Sequence record: SRR20825010_6051
Strand: one strand, 5' to 3'
Length of the DNA: 41,545 nucleotides
A model generated the notes under the pieces. It was given only the letters and a program-made list of their open reading frames with translations, searched no databases and was not told where the DNA came from. Below are positions 29,344 to 36,500 of this stretch, one piece after another. The translations under genes and the position numbers were made by a program. Every line of letters starts with the position of its first letter. Positions within the stretch are counted from its first letter, which is position 1.

Positions 29344-29964
29344 ATGAGTCTCAGAGTATTGATCGCCGACGATCACGTCATGGTTCGGGATATGTTCACC
29401 ATGTATCTTGAAACCAGTGGTACGGCCCAGACGATCACCGCCGGGTCACTTGATGAGGCCGTAAAGCTGATGCAGCAGAAGGGTCCTTTCGATCTGGTTC
29501 TGCTGGACTACACCATGCCCGGAATGAAGGGGCTCAATGGGCTCAAGACCGCGCTGGCAGCCAGCGGTGGCCACCCTGTGGGCATGATCTCGGGGACTGG
29601 GACACGGTTGATCGCCCAGCAGGCTATTGAACTCGGTGCGGCGGGGTTCCTGCCAAAATCGATGCCGGCCAAGACACTGGTGAACGCGGTCAAGTTCATG
29701 GCGATGGGAGAGGTCTACGCCCCGGTCGACTTCATGTCCGGAAAAGACGACCCCGCAGAGACCGATTTCGAGAGAGAGCTCTCGGACCGGGAAAAGCAGG
29801 TTCTGCGCGGCCTGCTGTCGGCGAAGTCCAACAAGGAGATCGCGATCGACCTCGATCTTCAGGAAGTCACGATCAAGCTGCACGTCAAGACGCTGTGCCG
29901 CAAGATCGACGCCAAGAACCGTACCGAAGCGGCCATTCTTGCCCGCGATGCCGGATTCGTCTGA
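29344..29964 (+). CDS. NarL/LuxR-family response regulator
   Basis: VLIADDH, LLDYTMPG, GFLPK; HTH LSDREKQVL...SNKEIA..L...TIKLHV. Confidence 0.93.
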   Translation: MSLRVLIADDHVMVRDMFTMYLETSGTAQTITAGSLDEAVKLMQQKGPFDLVLLDYTMPGMKGLNGLKTALAASGGHPVGMISGTGTRLIAQQAIELGAAGFLPKSMPAKTLVNAVKFMAMGEVYAPVDFMSGKDDPAETDFERELSDREKQVLRGLLSAKSNKEIAIDLDLQEVTIKLHVKTLCRKIDAKNRTEAAILARDAGFV

Positions 29965-30010
29965 CGGCGCGCCTGCAGCACTAGCACTCCATTTCAGAAT
30001 TTCTGTGGAC

Positions 30011-30042
30011 AGGACCGGCCAGTGCGCCGGTCCTTTGCGTTT
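30011..30042 (+). terminator. Possible terminator hairpin after the response regulator
   Basis: AGGACCGGC-N6-GCCGGTCCT followed by TTGCGTTT. Confidence 0.45.
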
Positions 30043-30259
30043 GCCCGCATGACAGCGGGCGATCAGAGCGCCCTCGCGCTCCACAGAGGGTTAGGGTCAC
30101 TATGCCAAAGGTCAGCGGCCTGACTTTGAGCAGTATCGATTAACCCATCCTCTTCCAAAACTCACGTTTCCTTTCAGGGCATTCCGGTGAGGCATTGCGG
30201 GGCACATGCCTCGCGTCGCTCAACCGCCGGACCAGCCCCGGCTCAAAAGGAAACTGCAC

Positions 30260-30772
30260 ATGTCCTATTGCATTGCACGCGTCAGCCAGGCCGTGGTCGT
30301 CGGCCTGACGCTCAGTCTGGCCGGGACAGTTGTCTCGGCCGATGCGCTTGAAAGCAACTTCTCCTTCCGCATCGTGGAGGCCGACGCCTCCGGTGAGGAG
30401 GTCCTTGTCGAACGCAACGCGGTCAAGCCGGGTGAAGTCATCCATTACGCACTGCGCCACCAGAACAAGACCGACAACTCCATGGCCGGTCTTGTCATCG
30501 CGGCTCCGGTGCCTGCGGGTGTGACCATCACCCTGGGCAACGAAGCAAGCTCTGTCCCCGCCACCTTCGAGGTGCAGGCGGAACTGGACCCCGAGAACGA
30601 TGGCCTTGAATGGTCGACGCTTCCTGCCATTCGCAAGATCGTCGACGCCAATGGCGCCCTTGTCGAGGAACCCCTCCCCGCCGCCGAAATCGTCGCCGTG
30701 CGCTGGAGTTTCTCCGAGGCTCTCGAAGCCGGTGAAGCGGCCCTCAACTCCTATCGCGTTCGCGTGAACTGA
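30260..30772 (+). CDS. Small secreted single truncated DUF11-like domain protein
   Basis: AAGGAAA RBS; signal peptide ...GTVVSA; VKPGEVIHYALRHQN...VRWSF...LEAGE...SYRVRVN*. Confidence 0.8.
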   Translation: MSYCIARVSQAVVVGLTLSLAGTVVSADALESNFSFRIVEADASGEEVLVERNAVKPGEVIHYALRHQNKTDNSMAGLVIAAPVPAGVTITLGNEASSVPATFEVQAELDPENDGLEWSTLPAIRKIVDANGALVEEPLPAAEIVAVRWSFSEALEAGEAALNSYRVRVN

Positions 30773-30818
30773 GCCGGGCAGCAGCCCAATCAGGAAACCT
30801 CCATCCGGGAAATCCATA

Positions 30819-33461
30819 GTGACTTATCAATCAGCAATCCTGCGCACGTCCAGTGCCGCAGCCATCTGTGTCGCGCTCGCGTCTGTGGCACAGGCCGCCC
30901 CCGAAGCGGGCTCTGTCATCGGCAACCAAGCCGTCGCCACTTATACAAATGCCTCCGGCGACACGATCACTGTGACCTCGAACACGGTCGAAACCGTGGT
31001 CCAGCAGGTTGCAGGCGTGACCCTGACCTCAAACAACTCCGAAACGGTCGCGCCGGGCGGCAAGGCCTTCTTGCCGCATATCATCACCAACGACGGCAAC
31101 GGTCCGGATGCCTTCGATCTGTTGGTTGCCGAAAACGACACGGGTCCGCTTGAGACCTCGCAATTGGTCTTTTACCCGGATGCCAACATGGACGGTGTCG
31201 CCGATAGCGCCACGCCGTTGCTCGAAACCCCGGTGCTGGCCCCCGGCGAGCAGTTCGGCGTCGTGATCGAGGCCACCGTGCCCTCGACCAATGCCGCGGG
31301 TGACACTGACACGATCACCGTGACCACGACCTCGCAGTTGGACGGCACCATTCTGGCGACCAACATCGACACGCTGACCGTGTCGAACGACGCCATCATC
31401 GAGTTGGTCAAGTCGATGGTCGCTGACGCGTCTTCGGCTGGTGATCCCAGCATCATCGACGCCGGTGACACCGTCACCATCACACTGACATATTCCTCCA
31501 CCGGTCTTATCGCGGCCAACAACTACTCCGTGATCGATGTGCTCGACGCGGGCTTCGAATATGTGCCGGGAACAGCCGTGTGGTCCGACGCCGCAGGCGC
31601 GCTGGACGACGACAACGCCTCGACCCTGGTCGACGCCACCAACGGCAACGGCGAAACCATCGCCTGGGACTACGACGACAACCAGACCGTCAACTTCAAC
31701 ATCTCCTCGGTCGGGTCGGGTCGTTCGGGCAGCGTGACCTTCCAGGCGCGGATCGCCGCCACCGCCAATGCCGGCGTGCTGACCAACGTGGCCAGCCAGA
31801 ATGTCGACGGCACCGCCTTTCCGCCGTCGAACACCGCCTCGGTGACGGTGGACAGCCAGTACTCGGTCTCCATCGCGGACACCGCGATCAACCCCGATGG
31901 CACCGCCAACGGCACGGTCTTTTCGGCCACCGACGATGACACGGCGCAGAACGATGTCGTGACCGAGATCGGCGACGTCTACCAAGGCGCCACGGTCCGC
32001 CACGAATTCGTGCTGACCAATAACTCGAACGAAGCCGACAGCCTGTCGCTGGACTTTGCCAATGTCGACTACCCGGCCGGCACCACCTTCCAGATCGTGG
32101 GCGCCGACGGCATCACCCCGGTGATCGGTTCGGTCGGTCCGCTGGCCATCGGCGAAAGCACCAAGGTCACGCTGATCGCGACCCTGCCAACGAACGCCAG
32201 CCCGACCCTGGCTGGTGATACCAACTACACCGCCACCATGACCGTGACCTCGGATGCCTCGGGTGTCACCGACGTATCCACCGCCGAATTCACCGGCGCG
32301 GTGCTGGCGGCCTCGGTCGATCTCGAAGCAGCGGGTGGCCTCGGCGACGGCGCAGCACCGACGAATGGCGGCGCACCATGGGTGAGCAACACGACCGATC
32401 CGGCTCAACCCACGACCTTCGACATGGTGGTCCAGAACAACGGCCCGGTTTCGGACAGCTACAACCTGTCGCTGGCCCAGCCGCTGCCCCTGGGCTGGAC
32501 GGTGGAATTCCGTGACTCGGACGGCACGCTGGTGACCAACACCGGCACCATCCCGGCCGCCGGCTCGGACACCTTCACCGTGACGGTCATCCCCGCAGCC
32601 GATGCTCCGCCCGCAGACACGCCGATCGACATTCAGATCGAAAGCTCGGTCTCCGGCCAGGCGGACCGTATCGTCAACCAAGTCACCGTGAACGAGATCT
32701 ACGACGTGCAGATCCTTGAAGGTCAGAGCGTCCAAGCCTCGCCGGGCGGTGTGGTGGACATGCTCCACACGATCACCAACGAGGGCAACGTCGCCGTTAC
32801 CGAAGGTGCGATCATCCAAACGGGCCTCACCAACTTTTCTGGCGCGATCTTCTGGGACCAGAACGGCAACGGTGTTCTTGACGCGGGCGATCCGGTTATC
32901 GACAACTTCAATGACCTGACGGACGGTGTCGCTGCGGGGACCAACGGTCTGGCCGCGGGTGAGACGATCTCTGTCATCTACCGCGTCCAGACCCCCTCGA
33001 CCGCGACGCCCGGTGTGTCCGAGATCGGCACCCTGTCGCTTGGCACCGCGCTGAACGGCGGCACGGCGACGGACGCGGATACCGCGGACAACGCCAATGA
33101 GGACCGGATCACCATCATCGCCGGCGATGTGACCCTGACCAAGTACCAGTATGTCGATCCCGATTGTGACGGTACCGCGGGCACCTTCACCAAGACGCGT
33201 CAGCCGGTCGAGCCCGGTCAGTGCATCCGCTACATGATCGAGGCCGAGAACACCGGCAGCTTCGCGGCGGTTGACGTGACCATTTCGGACGCGGCACCTG
33301 CCTATACCTCCGTCACCAATTGCGGTGGATCGTGCTCGGAAACGCTGTTCCCGGCTGGCAGCACTGCGGCGATCACGTCCAGCGCCGTCTCCAGCGACCA
33401 TGGAACGGTTTTGCCTGGTGGCGTCGCACGGCTCGAGTTCACCGTACAGGTGGAAGACTAA
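30819..33461 (+). CDS. Secreted DUF11/Ig-repeat protein, putative major pilin/fibre subunit
   Basis: Signal peptide ...ASVAQA; T/D/A/G/N-rich Ig domains with DxNxDG-like loops; complete internal DUF11; truncated C-terminal DUF11. Confidence 0.85.
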   Translation: MTYQSAILRTSSAAAICVALASVAQAAPEAGSVIGNQAVATYTNASGDTITVTSNTVETVVQQVAGVTLTSNNSETVAPGGKAFLPHIITNDGNGPDAFDLLVAENDTGPLETSQLVFYPDANMDGVADSATPLLETPVLAPGEQFGVVIEATVPSTNAAGDTDTITVTTTSQLDGTILATNIDTLTVSNDAIIELVKSMVADASSAGDPSIIDAGDTVTITLTYSSTGLIAANNYSVIDVLDAGFEYVPGTAVWSDAAGALDDDNASTLVDATNGNGETIAWDYDDNQTVNFNISSVGSGRSGSVTFQARIAATANAGVLTNVASQNVDGTAFPPSNTASVTVDSQYSVSIADTAINPDGTANGTVFSATDDDTAQNDVVTEIGDVYQGATVRHEFVLTNNSNEADSLSLDFANVDYPAGTTFQIVGADGITPVIGSVGPLAIGESTKVTLIATLPTNASPTLAGDTNYTATMTVTSDASGVTDVSTAEFTGAVLAASVDLEAAGGLGDGAAPTNGGAPWVSNTTDPAQPTTFDMVVQNNGPVSDSYNLSLAQPLPLGWTVEFRDSDGTLVTNTGTIPAAGSDTFTVTVIPAADAPPADTPIDIQIESSVSGQADRIVNQVTVNEIYDVQILEGQSVQASPGGVVDMLHTITNEGNVAVTEGAIIQTGLTNFSGAIFWDQNGNGVLDAGDPVIDNFNDLTDGVAAGTNGLAAGETISVIYRVQTPSTATPGVSEIGTLSLGTALNGGTATDADTADNANEDRITIIAGDVTLTKYQYVDPDCDGTAGTFTKTRQPVEPGQCIRYMIEAENTGSFAAVDVTISDAAPAYTSVTNCGGSCSETLFPAGSTAAITSSAVSSDHGTVLPGGVARLEFTVQVED

Positions 33462-33474
33462 TCCCACCTGACTG

Positions 33475-33502
33475 GCCCCCGCCTTCGGGCGGGGGCTTTT
33501 TT
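33475..33502 (+). terminator. Intrinsic terminator inside the DUF11 operon
   Basis: GCCCCCGCC-TTCG-GGCGGGGGC-TTTTTT. Confidence 0.85.
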
Positions 33503-33555
33503 CCGGCGCGCTTCTGCTGCCCGGCTTTTGTCCCATTCCCCAAGGAGCGAAACTG

Positions 33556-36500
33556 ATGCGCAGTTTTCTTCGCTTTGCCCGTCTGGGAGTGACCAGTTTT
33601 CTTGTCCTCACAGCTGTCATCCTGTCTCTTGCCCTGACGACTGACACCTCGGCATCCCCACAGCCAGCCGGGTCCATCATCCGCAACATTGCCCAGGTCA
33701 CCTATTTCGACACGGAACGCGGTATATTGGTCACCCTCGAGTCCAACGCCGTCGAAGCCCGCATCAGCGTGGTTCCGGCTTTCGAGGTTTCCGGACGCGA
33801 CGTGCTGCTTCTGGCCCGCGGGGCCCTTGATCAGTTCACCTTCCGCATCAGAAACACCGGCAATATCACGCTGGAGGTCACACCTACCCTTTCCGCATCC
33901 GGGGCAGTGAATCTGCGCCTGAACCCGCGGCTCTTTGTCGATCTCAATGGCAACGGTGTCGTCGACGCGGGGGAGCCGGAACTCTCAGAGGCCGATACCC
34001 TCGAGATCGCGACCGGGCTGTATGTCGATGTGATCCACACCTTTCAGGTGGCCCCGGGCGCAGGCCCCGGCGAGACCTTTGACGTCACCCTGAACGCCAG
34101 CGCCCGGCCAATCTTCACCACTGACCCCGATGGCGAGGGGGAGGTCTCTCGCATCACCGGCGAAGGTCTTGGCCGGGTTGAGATCGTTTCGGCCACGCTG
34201 GAGATCACCAAGTCGCAGGCGCTGCAGCCCGGCGCCGACCAGACCCGCGTGCTCTACCAGCTGGGACTGCGCAACGACTCTGACGCGCCCGTCGCGGGCT
34301 ACTCCGAAATCGACGGTATGCCGTTGCGCATCGACGACACCGTCGTGACAGGGGTTTTGCTGCGCGACGCGATCCCGCTGAACGCGCGCTTCGACCGCAT
34401 CGACGCCACCGCCGGGCTGACCGCGCTCTACCACCGCGCTGGCAACCCCGAGCATCACTACACCACCGCCGCGCCCGCCAAAGCCACAGAGATCGACGCC
34501 GTGGCCTTCTTCTTTGCCGGCGACTTCCCGATGGGGTATGCGGCCGATCTGGGCTTTTCGGTCATCGTCGATGCCGCTCTGGGCACGGTCGAGGTCGACA
34601 ACACGGCCCGCGCCTTTCTGCCCGCCACGGATGGCGTGGCCCAGATCCTGTCAAACCGGGTGAGCACCGCGCTCTACCCAAGCGCAGAGGGCGCGATGGG
34701 TTTCATCGATCCCGACAGCCGCCTGAATGTCGCAACCAGTGAACTGGACAGCAACCTGATCACGCGACTGGTGTCTGGCGCCTGCAACCTGACCACGGGG
34801 ATCGACACCATCGAGGTCACGCTGCAAAGCCTGCACAGCGGCGATATCGAAGTCTCGATCGCACGCGAAACCGGTCCCAACACCGGGGTCTTTGAAATCG
34901 CATCGCTGCCGGTCACCGAAATGGCCGTGCCGCGCACACGGGACGGCGTCATGGCGTCTTACCGGGGTGACACCATCCGCGCCGAGGCACGCTGCGGTGG
35001 CCAGTTGCTGACCGCCAGCCTCCTGATCGCGCCGGGCAACTTCGTCTTCGACGCGATCACCAACGATCCGGTCGAGGGCGTTGGCGTGTCCCTGATCGAC
35101 GCCTCCACCAGCATCGAGGTGGCGCGCGTAGAGACTGACGCTCGCGGCTATTTTGCCTTTGGCGACATCGAGGCGGGGACGTACAGATATGAGATCGTCG
35201 AGGCCCCGGAATGGAGTTTTCCCTCCGTACGGGCCGATTTCCGCGGCTTTGGCCGGATCATCACCGATGCGGCCTTCGGCGGCGGCTTTGCCCATTCCGG
35301 CGGCTTGCTGAGCGATTCTGACATCCCGGTCGATCCTTTCTACGGCGTTCCGGTGGCGCTGCAAAAGTCCGCCGACCGTGAGCGGGTGACGCAGGGCGCA
35401 TTCGTGACCTACACGCTGGAGCTGACCAACAACATGCGTCAGGCGCTGGTCGGTGCCGAGATCTTCGACCGCGCACCCTATGGGCTGAGCCTCGTCAAGG
35501 GTTCGGTGACGCTGGATGGCGCGCGCATCGGTGATCCGACCCGCGACCGCGACGGCGATCTGCTCTTTTCGATCGGTGATATCGCCCCGTTGGACATCGT
35601 CGAACTCAGCTACGTCATGTCCGTGGGCGCGGCCGCCCGCGAGGGCAAGCTTGAGAACACCGCCCTGCTTTCTGGCCGGCAGGCAGGCACCGGCACTTTG
35701 ATGCAATCGGCCCCGGCGCGCGCCATGGTGCGGCTGGACAATTCCGGCGGTGTTTTTTCCCGCCAGGGCACGGTTGTCGGCACGGTTTTCATGGATTGCG
35801 ACGGCAATGGCATTCAGGGCGACTGGCGCGAGCCGGGCATTCCCGGCGTGCGCATCGTCACCCAGGAAGGTCTGTTCGTGGTCACGGACCGCAACGGCAA
35901 GTACTCTCTGCCCGGGATGCGTCCTGTGACCCATGCCTTTCAGGTTCAGGCCGCCACGCTGCCCGAGGGCACCAAGGTCACCGTGACCCGCACCAACGAC
36001 CTGCGTCGCGGCGGATCGCGAATCGTGCCCCTGCGCCGAGGCGAATTGCGGACCGAGAATTTTGCGGTCGAGGCCTGCACCCCCGCAGCGCTGTCCGAGA
36101 TCAAGGTCCGCCGCATCCATTTCGACACCACGACGGCCCCCGACACGCTACGCGCGACAGATATGCCCATCGAAGGCGCGCGCAACCCGCAACGCTCGAC
36201 CCGCATCGAGGCCGGTGTTTCGACCACCACGCAACTGAGCACTGCCATGATGGCGGCCATGCAGGCCGAAAAGGACGGAAAGGCAGGACCGGACGGGGCG
36301 GTTTCACCGCGGCGCGCGGCGCTGAGCGTCAAGGCCCGCACCGCGCGCCGCCCGCTCGAATCCATGGTCAAATCGCTCGATCCGGAGCCCGGATTTATCG
36401 ACATCAAGGATGGCGATATCCTGACCCACCGCACCCAGAACATCCGGGTGAAGGGCAAGGCTGACCTGACGCTGGGCCTGTTGCTGAACGGCCGTGCCAT

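Noticed and set aside
31029-33701. 890-aa minus-strand ORF (also 1003-2634, 34651-36120, 36304-37449, 26130-27554, 17000-18049)
   Set aside because: Antisense shadows of well-supported genes in high-GC DNA; R/G/V/H-rich with no motifs
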